Positions 40,741-49,590 are shown, numbered from the stretch's first letter. The stretch: 64,000 nucleotides of DNA from an uncultured Verrucomicrobiae bacterium (GCA_963815455.1 CAWFGO010000002.1:480001-544000); one strand, 5' to 3'. The notes: generated by a model from the letters alone, not told the origin. Numbers and translations: made by a program.

Positions 40741-41202
40741 ATGATCAAGGGACGACCTCCCCGGCTTGATCAAATTTATCAATCTTACGATCCGCCGCTG
40801 TTTTTCGTGACGATGGGAACGTTGCATCGCCGCAGGATCGCGAAACTGGGCAAAGCGCATGCTGCGTTTCGCAAGTATGCCCAACGCGCTATCGAATTCA
40901 ATGTGGCTGTCGGCCGATACGTGATCATGCCAGATCATGTTCATTTTTTCGTCCAGGGTAATCAGAGTTTCGAGCTGACCAAGTGGGTAAACGGATTGAA
41001 ACGCACAATCTCGGTGGCGTTGGGCGCGACCAGCGACCGCCCGCTCTGGCAACCCGGCTTCTTCGATCATCTCTTGCGCAACGATGAGAGCTACGCACAA
41101 AAGTGGGACTACATTCGTGAAAATCCGATGCGGGCCGGCCTCGTGCAATCCGTGGATGAGTGGCCTTATCAAGGCGAGATCGTCCTGATCGATCGCGCCT
41201 AA
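40741..41202 (+). mobile_element. rayT: REP-associated tyrosine transposase (RAYT, HUH/Y1 family)
   Basis: FFVT, VIMPDHVH (HUH), WQPGFFDH..R, YI.ENP.RAGLV; flanked by GTAG REPs. Confidence 0.9.
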
Positions 41203-41295
41203 GTGTAGAGGCGGGCGTGCCGCCCGCAGAACCAAAATAATTGCGGCCGACACGGCCGCCTCTACATCCTGCGCCCGACACGGCCGCCTCTACAC
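41203..41295. repeat. GTAG REP cluster downstream of RAYT
   Basis: gtgtagaggcgggcgtgccgcccgca...tgcggccgacacggccgcctctaca...gcgcccgacacggccgcctctacac. Confidence 0.9.
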
Positions 41296-41694
41296 TGAAA
41301 TGACCGGCTTTTCCCGGCAGCAGATTTCCAGCTTGTTCCCGTCAGGATCCTCGAAAAAGAACGCGTAATATCCGGGACTGTATCCCTGGCATACTTCCGG
41401 GCCTTCCATTGTTTTGCCGCCGATCTTGGCCACAAACTTCGCGATCCGATCGACTTCGTCGCGCGTATCCGCCCAAAACGAGATTCGGGTCCCGTTCGGT
41501 TGGTGCTGTCGATCCTCGGTAAACCCAAAAAATTCCGATGGCTTGTCCGGGCCGACCGAATAAAACGTGGCCCATTGGTTATCGGAGCGATTGCAGGTAA
41601 ACCCCAACTCAGGCAGGAGCTTCTCGTAAAATTTCATTGCCCGCTGAAAATCTTTTACCCGCAGATCAATATGATCGAATCGTCGTGTTTTCAT
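41290..41694 (-). CDS. VOC (glyoxalase/bleomycin resistance) family protein
   Basis: FDHIDLRVKD, YYAFFFEDPDGNKLEIC. Confidence 0.9.
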   Translation of the reverse strand: MKTRRFDHIDLRVKDFQRAMKFYEKLLPELGFTCNRSDNQWATFYSVGPDKPSEFFGFTEDRQHQPNGTRISFWADTRDEVDRIAKFVAKIGGKTMEGPEVCQGYSPGYYAFFFEDPDGNKLEICCREKPVISV

Positions 41695-41769
41695 TTTCGT
41701 GATTGTCGATCGCCCGGTTGAGTGATGTCAACGAATCCCGCGTCGGGGGCAAGCGGCGCAAACACACTC

Positions 41770-42134
41770 CGACATCCTGAGCGGAGCGGCCTGCCCGGCC
41801 GTAGCTTTATGCGAAGGCGGGCCTGCCCGGCCGTAGCTTTATGCGAAGGCGGGAAGGACCCCGCGAGTCGAGGCAACGTTCGCGAGCAATCATGCGATCA
41901 CGCTTCCAGGGTGGTTCGATACGCTTCAGTGCGACTGTGAGGTCCCTCGCTGCGCTCGGGATGACACCGCATCGCGCTCTTTTCTGTCATCCTGAGCGCA
42001 GCGAAGGACCCCGCGAGGAAAGACAACGTTCGCGGGCAATCATGCGATCGCGCTTTCAGAGCGGCTCGGTACAGTGAAATTCGTCCGGGAGGTCCCTCGC
42101 TCCGCTCCCGCCACGGCGGGCAGGCGGGATGACA
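41770..42134 (+). repeat. two tandem GTCA-tagged palindromic units upstream of GIY-YIG (41770-41966, 41985-42134)
   Basis: g(t/a)catcctgagcgnagcg..aaggaccccgcg ... caatcatgcgatc ... gaggtccctcgctncgctc..gggatgaca. Confidence 0.92.
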
Positions 42135-42225
42135 GACGAAGAGCAGCGCGAGACTCGCTGAGTCGCTTAATGGCTGCTTTCCAGTGCGGTCGGGCTCCGT
42201 TAAACTGCGCAAACGCCTTCGCGAA

Positions 42226-42495
42226 ATGAACAAGACGTTCTATGTCTACGTCATGACGAATCGCAGCCGGGTCGTTCTTTATACCGGAGTCACGAATGAC
42301 CTGGCGCGCCGGACATGGGAACACCAAAACGCGGAGGTCAAAGGCTTCACCAAGACTTATCGGGTGAATCGGCTCGTCTATTACGAAGCGTGCGACGACC
42401 CCCGCGTCGCCATTAGCCGGGAAAAAGAAATCAAAGGCTGGCGGCGTAGTAGGAAAAACGCACTGGTGGAAGCAGCTGAATCCAAAATGGAATGA
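42226..42495 (+). CDS. GIY-YIG nuclease family protein (indel near 42475; corrected frame continues NPKWNDL, possibly to 42679)
   Basis: YVYVMTN....LYTGVTNDLARR..EH, GFT..Y.V.RLVYYE, AISREKEIKGWRR..K; the family NPxWxDL motif is in the shifted frame. Confidence 0.9.
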   Translation: MNKTFYVYVMTNRSRVVLYTGVTNDLARRTWEHQNAEVKGFTKTYRVNRLVYYEACDDPRVAISREKEIKGWRRSRKNALVEAAESKME

Positions 42496-42586
42496 TCTTT
42501 CTTCGATGCTTTTTCAACCGGCGCCAAATCCCTCGTCTGTTGCGCAAACGCACAAAATCGAAATGAAGATCTACGCGCTCTTTTTC

Positions 42587-42886
42587 CGTCATCCTGAGCG
42601 GAGCGAAGGACCCCGCGAGTCGAAGCAATGTTCGCGAGCAATCATGCGATCACGCTTTCAGTATTGTTCGGTGCCGTGAACTTCGACTTTGAGGTCCCTC
42701 GCTAACGCTCGGGATGACATCCCATCACGCTTTTTCTGTCGTCCTGAGCGAAGCGAAGGACCCCGCGGGTAGAAGCACCGTTCGCGAGCAATCATGCGAT
42801 CACGCTTTCAGAACGGTTCGGTGCATTCAAGTGCGACTGTGAGGTCCCTCGCTACGCTCCCGCCACGGCGGGCAGGCGGGATGACA
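42587..42886 (+). repeat. two tandem GTCA-tagged palindromic units downstream of GIY-YIG (42587-42719, 42737-42886)
   Basis: Same unit and same orientation as the upstream pair. Confidence 0.92.
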
Positions 42887-42902
42887 GAGCGACAGCACGG
42901 AA

Positions 42903-42916
42903 CGTTCGCTTGAACA
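42903..42916. promoter_or_regulatory. LexA box upstream of imuA
   Basis: CGTTC-GCTT-GAACA; shares GTTC.CTTGAACATAT with the 22424 site. Confidence 0.85.
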
Positions 42917-42943
42917 TATTTTAATTGCTGCCAAAATACCGAC

Positions 42944-43585
42944 ATGCCGGCGGCACATCAAATTGTCGATCTTCGGAAGTTTCTGGCCGAGCGATTTCCC
43001 CAAACCCAGGCACCCCGTGCCCCTGCTCGTTTAACTACGGGATGGGATTGTTTCGATCGGGCAACGGGCGGCGGCCTTTCCCAAGGCGCGATCACGGAAG
43101 TAATCACCCCGCGAATCAGCGCCGGCAGCGCATCGCTGATTCACACACTCCTCCGAGGGGCCCAGCGCGACGGCTATTTTATCGCCCTCATTGATGGCAG
43201 CGATTCTTTCGATCCTCAGTCGCTGGACAACGATTGCTTGGGCCATCTCCTTTGGGTGCGCTGTAGCAAAGCCTTCGAAGCGGTCAAAGCGGCCGATCTC
43301 CTTTTGCGCGACGGCAATTTTCCCCTGGTGATTGTCGATCTTGTTTTCAATCCGGCCGAAGAACTCCGCAAAATTCCGCAGACGAGCTGGTACCGGTTGC
43401 AACGGCTCGTCGAATCAGTTCCCACGGCTTGTCTGGTCCTGAGCCGTCAAAACATGGTCAGCAGCGCCCAGCTGAAAATCGTTCTGGAAAATTCTTGGCG
43501 ACTGGAAACTTTGGAAAAAGACTCCGCGATTTCGCAAATGCAATTTCGTGTCCGGCGATCGCATCGCAGATCGGAGGCCAGTTAA
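42944..43585 (+). CDS. imuA: ImuA (RecA-like mutasome accessory protein)
   Basis: TG...FDRATGGGL.QGAITEV, ALIDGSDSFDP, LLWVRC, AADLLLRDGNFPLVIVDL; degenerate Walker A. Confidence 0.85.
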   Translation: MPAAHQIVDLRKFLAERFPQTQAPRAPARLTTGWDCFDRATGGGLSQGAITEVITPRISAGSASLIHTLLRGAQRDGYFIALIDGSDSFDPQSLDNDCLGHLLWVRCSKAFEAVKAADLLLRDGNFPLVIVDLVFNPAEELRKIPQTSWYRLQRLVESVPTACLVLSRQNMVSSAQLKIVLENSWRLETLEKDSAISQMQFRVRRSHRRSEAS

Positions 43586-43589
43586 ACGA

Positions 43590-44126
43590 ATGTTCGCCAC
43601 GATTTATTTGCCTAATTTTTATTTACAGGCGGCCATTCGACATCAACCAAAACTCCGCGCCCACCCGGTGGCATTGATCGATGCCGCCCAGGCAAAAATA
43701 ATCCAGCTCAATGAGGCCGCCGAAACAGCAGGGATCGGCAAGGGAATGGCCCCCAGCCAGGCGCTGGCGCGTTGTTTGCAGGTCGTCATCAAAACAAGGG
43801 AACAGGTGCAGGAAAATGTGATCGCCGAAATTCTGCTTCAACACGCGTTCACCCTGTCGCCCTATGTGGAGGCAACTGCACCCGGGGTTTGCACCGTCCA
43901 ATTTACCGACCAGCGCAATTTGGGAGCGAAGGTGTCTCGAGCGATCGATCAATTGGCCCGTTGTGAAATTACCGCCCAAGCCGCGATTGCGCCGACACCG
44001 GACATCAGTTTTCTCGCGGCCCACCTGGCTCATCCTCTCCTGCAAATCGAAGAGGGAAAAGAATTCCTCGCTCCGCTGCCGATCGAAACGCTCGCTGTAG
44101 CCGGGATCGTTGATCCCGGTCGTTGA
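43590..44126 (+). CDS. imuB: ImuB N-terminal half (IMS/UmuC-like palm-finger domain)
   Basis: MFATIYLPNFYLQA (no catalytic Asp), N.AA..AGI..GM...QALARC, SPYVE, IAPTP....LAA, FLAPLPIETL. Confidence 0.8.
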   Translation: MFATIYLPNFYLQAAIRHQPKLRAHPVALIDAAQAKIIQLNEAAETAGIGKGMAPSQALARCLQVVIKTREQVQENVIAEILLQHAFTLSPYVEATAPGVCTVQFTDQRNLGAKVSRAIDQLARCEITAQAAIAPTPDISFLAAHLAHPLLQIEEGKEFLAPLPIETLAVAGIVDPGR

Positions 44127-44130
44127 ATCT

Positions 44131-44796
44131 TTACTCGGCCACCGTCGCCGGTTTGGTTTCGATTAGCAGCCGGTAAACCAAGCCGCCCAGTGCCCCGCCC
44201 AGCAACGGGCCGAGCCAATAAACGTAATGCGCTTTCCAGAAACCGGCGACTATGGCCGGGCCCAACACTCGCGCCGGATTCATAGCAGCGCCGGTGAGCG
44301 GTCCCCCGAATAGAGCGTCGAGCGTGACTGTCGCTCCTATTACCAGCCCGGCCACGCGACGCGGCCCCCGCTCATCCACTGCTACACCGTGAACGATGAA
44401 GACCAGAAAGAACGTCAGGATCGCCTCCACCAATATCCCCTGTCCCGGCGTGAGACCGATCGCCAGTTGCGGCGTGCCATTCACAACCACATCGCGTCCG
44501 AACATCCCGAGGCAGATCAAACCCGCGGAAATTCCACCCAGACATTGTGCCATCCAGTAGCGAATGGCGTTGCCCACGCTCATGTGACCGCCGCAGACAA
44601 GACCAAAAGTCACGGCCGGATTCAACTGGCCGCCGGAGATGTGCATCGTCGCGGAAACGAACGCGGCAAACGTCAAACCATTGGCAAGAGCGATGGCGAG
44701 AACGTCGTGCCCAGCGGTTTTCATGGCCCCGATACCGACAAAAACGAATGCGAACGTTCCGATAAATTCTGCCAGAAGCGGACGAAACTTCGTCAT
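44131..44796 (-). CDS. MIP/aquaporin family channel
   Basis: AEFIGT, ISGGQLNPAVT, AAMNPAR, YWLGP. Confidence 0.92.
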   Translation of the reverse strand: MTKFRPLLAEFIGTFAFVFVGIGAMKTAGHDVLAIALANGLTFAAFVSATMHISGGQLNPAVTFGLVCGGHMSVGNAIRYWMAQCLGGISAGLICLGMFGRDVVVNGTPQLAIGLTPGQGILVEAILTFFLVFIVHGVAVDERGPRRVAGLVIGATVTLDALFGGPLTGAAMNPARVLGPAIVAGFWKAHYVYWLGPLLGGALGGLVYRLLIETKPATVAE

Positions 44797-45069
44797 CCTT
44801 CGATCCAAACAAATTAGCCGCGCGCTGACAACTGTGTTTGTCGCCCCCGTGCGTCCCACCGGGATACAGCTATAGGACGCGAGACAGATATCGATTTAAC
44901 CGCCAGCGGCGTTGTTCCCAGCGCAAGCGCGGAGCGATGGCGGGATCATCGCAGGACCTTCCCAAGGCGGTTCTACAAATGAAAAAAGCGAAGACCTCTC
45001 GCGCATCTTTTACGGTCGAAACGCTCGCGATCGTGACGAGATGTTGCTAGATTCGGACCAGGAAAATTT

Positions 45070-46158
45070 ATGCGAACTGATCAACGCAAACGTCTGGATT
45101 TTTTTGAACGCTACCTGACGGGGTGGGTCTTCGCCTGCATGGTCGCGGGCATTGCCCTCGGGAAATTGTTGCCCGGCCTCACCCGGCATCTCAGCGTGCT
45201 GCAGTTCGGCAGAAATTCGCACGTTAACATCGCCATTGCCGTGCTCATCTGGCTGATGATTTACCCAATGATGTTAAAGATTGATTTTGGTGGTTTAAAA
45301 GACGTGGCCAAAAAACCCAAGGGGCTGCTCATCACCCTTTTTGTTAACTGGTTGGTCAAACCGTTCAGCATGGCTCTGCTCGGGTGGTTTTTCATGCAAT
45401 GGCTATTTTCTTCGTCTCTGGGTTGGATCACGATGGAGGACGCAAAGAATTACACGGCCGGCCTGATCATCCTGGCTGCGGCGCCTTGCACCGCGATGGT
45501 CTTTGTTTGGAGCTACCTAACGGATGGCGATGCTCCTTATACGTTGGCCCAAGTTGCCATTAATGATCTGATCATGATCTTCGCATTTGCGCCGATTGTG
45601 ATGTTCCTGGCCGGCGTGAGCGGCGTCGCCATTCCTGGTGAAGTTCTTCTCGTCTCAGTTCTGATCTTCATCGTCATCCCGCTGGGGGCGGGAGGAATTA
45701 GCCGCGTCATCCTCATTCGGGCCATGGGGCTGGCCTGGTTCGAGAGGAGCTTTCTGCCAAAGTTCCGTCCGGTGACCATCCTTGCACTGCTCGCGACTCT
45801 GACTCTGATCTTCGCATTTCAGGCCGAGAACATCACCACCAACTGGTTCACCGTGGTGCTCATCGCCATTCCTATCCTCCTTCAGGTCTACTTCAATTCC
45901 GGCCTTGCCTATGGACTGATGCGGCTATTCAGAGTACGGCACAACGTCGCAACACCCGGCGCTCTGATCGGAGCCAGCAACTTTTTTGAACTCGCGGTGG
46001 CAGTTGCCATTACTTTGTTCGGACCCACCTCCCCCGCCGCCCTCGCTACCGTCGTGGGAGTACTGGTAGAGGTGCCTGTGATGCTATCGGTCTGCAAAAT
46101 CTGCATCAACTCGAAGAGATGGTACGAGCAAGACTCGCTCTCCCTTGCCAACGCTTGA
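45070..46158 (+). CDS. acr3: ACR3 family arsenite efflux transporter
   Basis: FERYLT.WV, LIWLMIYPMM, NWLVKPF, AAPCTAMVFVWS, ASNFFELAVA, GVLVEVPVML. Confidence 0.93.
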   Translation: MRTDQRKRLDFFERYLTGWVFACMVAGIALGKLLPGLTRHLSVLQFGRNSHVNIAIAVLIWLMIYPMMLKIDFGGLKDVAKKPKGLLITLFVNWLVKPFSMALLGWFFMQWLFSSSLGWITMEDAKNYTAGLIILAAAPCTAMVFVWSYLTDGDAPYTLAQVAINDLIMIFAFAPIVMFLAGVSGVAIPGEVLLVSVLIFIVIPLGAGGISRVILIRAMGLAWFERSFLPKFRPVTILALLATLTLIFAFQAENITTNWFTVVLIAIPILLQVYFNSGLAYGLMRLFRVRHNVATPGALIGASNFFELAVAVAITLFGPTSPAALATVVGVLVEVPVMLSVCKICINSKRWYEQDSLSLANA

Positions 46159-46254
46159 ATGACCTAATATGAACAACGTCGCGCGTGCCGATGCAGCGAA
46201 TGCCTGCGAATCCAGCAAGGCGCCGTCTAGTTCGTTCGAGGGAGTGATCTCGAT

Positions 46255-48723
46255 CTAGCCGCCACCGTATTTCGGATACTTTTCTCGCAATTGCCGGCTC
46301 ACGCGATCGGCCTCTTCAGTCTGGCCGGCGCGTTGATACGCCAGCGCAGCTTTTTCCAACGCCCGCGGTGTGATCGCCGGATCGTCGTAAAGCAAAGCGA
46401 CACTCATAAAAGCTTTGCCGGCCTCAGTAAAATTTCCGCGCTCGATCTGGACCTCGCCGGCGAGCAGGCGCGCTTCGGCATTTACCCGGCCTTCCGGTTG
46501 CAACGTCATGATTTGCTCGGCGATCTTCTGCGCGTCGTCCGGCTTATGCGCGCCGATTTTTGCCGCGCCCAGCGCCAGAAGCACCTTCGCCTTCCCGGCC
46601 GGGTCGGTCGCTGTCTGCAAATATTTGGCAAACGCGTCCTCCGCTTCGCCGAAATGTTTCTGTTTGAAAGCGGCGTCGCCGAGATAGAACAGGAAGTCCG
46701 GCTTCACGTTGGCGGGATTGTCGATCTTACCGAGCGCGCTCAGATATTTTTCCGCCGCTTCGTAATTTTTCTCGTTGTAATATTCGATCCCGAGCCACTC
46801 CAGAACTTCGGCCGGAACATTGGCGTCCGGGCTGGACTCCATGAAATTGTTCACTTCTGTGGTCAATGCGGGCCGGTCTTTCAAATAAAAACGACACAGA
46901 ATGAGGCGGAGCGTGGCCTGGCCGTAATATTGTTCGTGGTTGAGCTGACGCGCCTTCTCCAGCGCGGGCATCGCCGCTTTGTAATCTTTCGCGTCAAACA
47001 AACCCTTGCCGATATAATATTGCGCCTGCGCGGCGACCGAGCTCTTCGGATATTCTTTCAAGAGCTGGCGAAATGTTTGCGCCATGCCTTTGGCGTCCTC
47101 CTGTTGCCCAAGAATCAGCGCCTTCAATTGCAGGGCCGCTTCCCGCTCGTGGGCCTTGGGATATTTTGACAGAATCGCGTTCAGGTCCGCGACCGCGGAG
47201 CTGTAATTCTTGTCCTGTTGATAGGCCAGCGCGCGCTGGGCCAGAACAGTAGCCGCTTGCGCGCTGTCGGGAAACGCCTGCAAAAAATAACTGTTGGCCT
47301 CGATCGTGCCGGAAACATTCTTGGTCTGCACGTAACACAGACCGAGCTTGTAAGCGCATTCGGCCCGCAACTTTGGCGACAACTGCGCCACACGCAGCTC
47401 GGAATAAATCGGCGCCGCCTCGGTGTAATTCTGTTGTTTGTAAAGCGCTTCGGCCTTCAAAAGTTTCGCCTGATCCGCGCGGTCGGCCGTTGGGTTCGAC
47501 TCCAGGAAATCATCGACCTCGGCCAAAAGCGCGGACGGATCGGAGTTATAAAGATTGATGAGTCTCTGGTAAGCCGCTTCCTTGGCCTCCTCTCGATCCG
47601 GGAATTCGGAAATGATCTGGCGATAAATTTCCTCCGCTTCCTCGGCTTGACCAATCTGGCGCTGGCTGTTTGCCGCCAGCAACATCACTTCGGCCTGACC
47701 CGCCTCGGGAAGTTTGGAAAGTTCCTTTTTGTATTCGGCCAACAGCTTCTCGTACTGGCCGGTCTGGTATTGCAGCCGGCGAAATGCAACCTGCGCGATT
47801 GCTCGAAACTTTCCCGCATCGGCCGAAGCTCGCCCCTTCTGCAGCAGATTGGTCGCTCTTTCGAGCATCGCTTTGTCGATCTTGTTTTTGTCGGACTGGA
47901 CAAGATCGAGGGCGATCATTCCGCCGCGCACAGCCGCCTCCGCTTTCGCGGCCGGCTTTTGCGCTTCGCTTGCCAGCGCTTCGTATTGTTTGAGCGCCTC
48001 CGCTTTCTTCCCGCGTGACAGAAAAATCGATGCCGCCGCCATTCTTGAGTCTTCCCGATATGGGTTCGGATTCTTGGCGTCGATTACCTGCTGGTAAATA
48101 CCGGCGGCATCATCTTTTCGATCGAGCGTCTCCAGACAACGCGCCTCGAAGTATCTGGCCGAAAGGGCCACGGCGGTTTCCTTCGATTTCGATGCGGCCT
48201 TGTGAAAAAGAGGCAGCGCTTCACCGTAGTTTTTCTGCGTAAACGCCGTCTCGGCCAGGACGTAGGCAGCCGGGCCGGCAAAATCGCTATCGCCGTGATC
48301 GTCGAGGACGTTTTGAAAACTCTTTCGAGCAGCGGTGTTCTTGTTTAGGGCGCGATAAGATTCGCCTAGAAAAAAATAAGCTCCGGCCCGCCCGGACGCG
48401 CCCGTGTATTGGTCCAGATATTTTTCGAACTCAGGAACAGCGAGATCGTAGAGTTTGCGCGAGTAGAGCGCTTTTGCGTATTCGAGCTGGCGGCGGTCGG
48501 GCGATTCCGCTTCCGCGGGCGCGGCTGGCGGGCGTTCGCCTTCACCGGGCGCGATCTGGGGTCTGGCAGCCGAACCCGGAAACGCGGGCTCAGCCCGCGG
48601 CTCCGGAGTTTCTCCGACCGGCAAGGCCCGCCGAACCTCGGGCGTTTGAGAAAGAATGGGACTCGCGCTCAAAACGAGCGCAACCAGTCCCGCGAGACTG
48701 TTCGCGCTGCGCGCCGTTTTCAT
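46255..48723 (-). CDS. tetratricopeptide repeat protein (exported)
   Basis: Signal peptide and many TPR-like helices; translationally coupled to exbD. Confidence 0.85.
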   Translation of the reverse strand: MKTARSANSLAGLVALVLSASPILSQTPEVRRALPVGETPEPRAEPAFPGSAARPQIAPGEGERPPAAPAEAESPDRRQLEYAKALYSRKLYDLAVPEFEKYLDQYTGASGRAGAYFFLGESYRALNKNTAARKSFQNVLDDHGDSDFAGPAAYVLAETAFTQKNYGEALPLFHKAASKSKETAVALSARYFEARCLETLDRKDDAAGIYQQVIDAKNPNPYREDSRMAAASIFLSRGKKAEALKQYEALASEAQKPAAKAEAAVRGGMIALDLVQSDKNKIDKAMLERATNLLQKGRASADAGKFRAIAQVAFRRLQYQTGQYEKLLAEYKKELSKLPEAGQAEVMLLAANSQRQIGQAEEAEEIYRQIISEFPDREEAKEAAYQRLINLYNSDPSALLAEVDDFLESNPTADRADQAKLLKAEALYKQQNYTEAAPIYSELRVAQLSPKLRAECAYKLGLCYVQTKNVSGTIEANSYFLQAFPDSAQAATVLAQRALAYQQDKNYSSAVADLNAILSKYPKAHEREAALQLKALILGQQEDAKGMAQTFRQLLKEYPKSSVAAQAQYYIGKGLFDAKDYKAAMPALEKARQLNHEQYYGQATLRLILCRFYLKDRPALTTEVNNFMESSPDANVPAEVLEWLGIEYYNEKNYEAAEKYLSALGKIDNPANVKPDFLFYLGDAAFKQKHFGEAEDAFAKYLQTATDPAGKAKVLLALGAAKIGAHKPDDAQKIAEQIMTLQPEGRVNAEARLLAGEVQIERGNFTEAGKAFMSVALLYDDPAITPRALEKAALAYQRAGQTEEADRVSRQLREKYPKYGGG

Positions 48724-49127
48724 TTTGCGGTGGCGAAAGCAACGTTCGTAATTCCCGCTTCGGTGCAGATGTTCAGGACGCCGACGATGTTTTTATAAGC
48801 GCCCTCCTGGTCGCCGCGGATCACCACCGCCTGTTCCGGGTTGAGCTGGACCAGACCTTTGAGGAGCTCGGTCAATTCCGCGTTCGCGAGCGTCCGCCGG
48901 TTCACCACAACAGTGCCATCTGTTTTCACGTTCACGACCACGTCGCCAATGGGCGCGACCTTTTCCTGTGCGGCCGACGCCTTTGGTAATTTCACGTCCA
49001 ATTCGTTTTCATTGCGAGCCGCGTTCCAGGTGAGCAGGAAGAAGATCAACAACAGCAAGAGAACGTCGACCAGCGGCGCGAGCTGAATGCCGGGGTGATG
49101 CAATTGTGCGTGACCACGAAGATTCAT
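48720..49127 (-). CDS. exbD: biopolymer transporter ExbD/TolR
   Basis: [27 protein letters not shown]. Confidence 0.9.
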   Translation of the reverse strand: MNLRGHAQLHHPGIQLAPLVDVLLLLLIFFLLTWNAARNENELDVKLPKASAAQEKVAPIGDVVVNVKTDGTVVVNRRTLANAELTELLKGLVQLNPEQAVVIRGDQEGAYKNIVGVLNICTEAGITNVAFATAK

Positions 49128-49546
49128 AAGGCGGGATCCGGGATGCGGGATTCAGGATGCGGGGTAGCACGTTTCTCCACGCGGTGCTCGCGTTCAACAG
49201 CCGCGATAAAAACATTTAGCTTTCGGCCCAACAAATCTAATTGAGTTTTCAGTTCATGATGAATGGATTCGTTCGTCAACGAGCCGGTCTCATGCAGAGT
49301 GTCGAGATGATCGATCGTTTCATCACACGAAGCATGAGCAAACACCAGAAACCGGATAAATTCCTGCTCATAGCGCCTACGCCCATAGCCTTCGACGATG
49401 TTGCTGCGGATCGATTTTACCGACCGCCGAATCTGACCACCCTGCTCGTGTATCTCAAACTTTGGCAGATCGCGAAGAGTCGTACGATGCACATCAATCG
49501 CGGCCTGCCGCGACAGCTTCCACACCTCAAGATCACGATGGTTCAT
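49124..49546 (-). CDS. four helix bundle protein (23S rRNA IVS-protein-like family)
   Basis: [15 protein letters not shown]....[17 protein letters not shown]....FIRFL..A.ASCDET. Confidence 0.88.
   Translation of the reverse strand: MNHRDLEVWKLSRQAAIDVHRTTLRDLPKFEIHEQGGQIRRSVKSIRSNIVEGYGRRRYEQEFIRFLVFAHASCDETIDHLDTLHETGSLTNESIHHELKTQLDLLGRKLNVFIAAVEREHRVEKRATPHPESRIPDPAL
49131..49165. repeat. heptamer tandem array (gcgggat-like x5)
   Basis: gcgggat ccgggat gcgggat tcaggat gcggggt. Confidence 0.85.
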
Positions 49547-49555
49547 CACAATCAT

Positions 49556-49590
49556 GCATCCCGCATCTCGCATCTCGCATCCTGCATCCG
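49556..49590. repeat. heptamer tandem array (gcatcyc-like x5), inverted relative to 49131-49165
   Basis: gcatccc gcatctc gcatctc gcatcct gcatccg. Confidence 0.85.

Noticed and set aside
41691..42233. Short ORFs containing CHPERSEGP / SLAALGMT peptides
   Set aside because: These are translations of the palindromic repeats, not independent genes.
41770..42886. Tandem units as a CRISPR array
   Set aside because: The units are 130-150 bp with homologous interiors rather than unique spacers, and no cas genes are adjacent.
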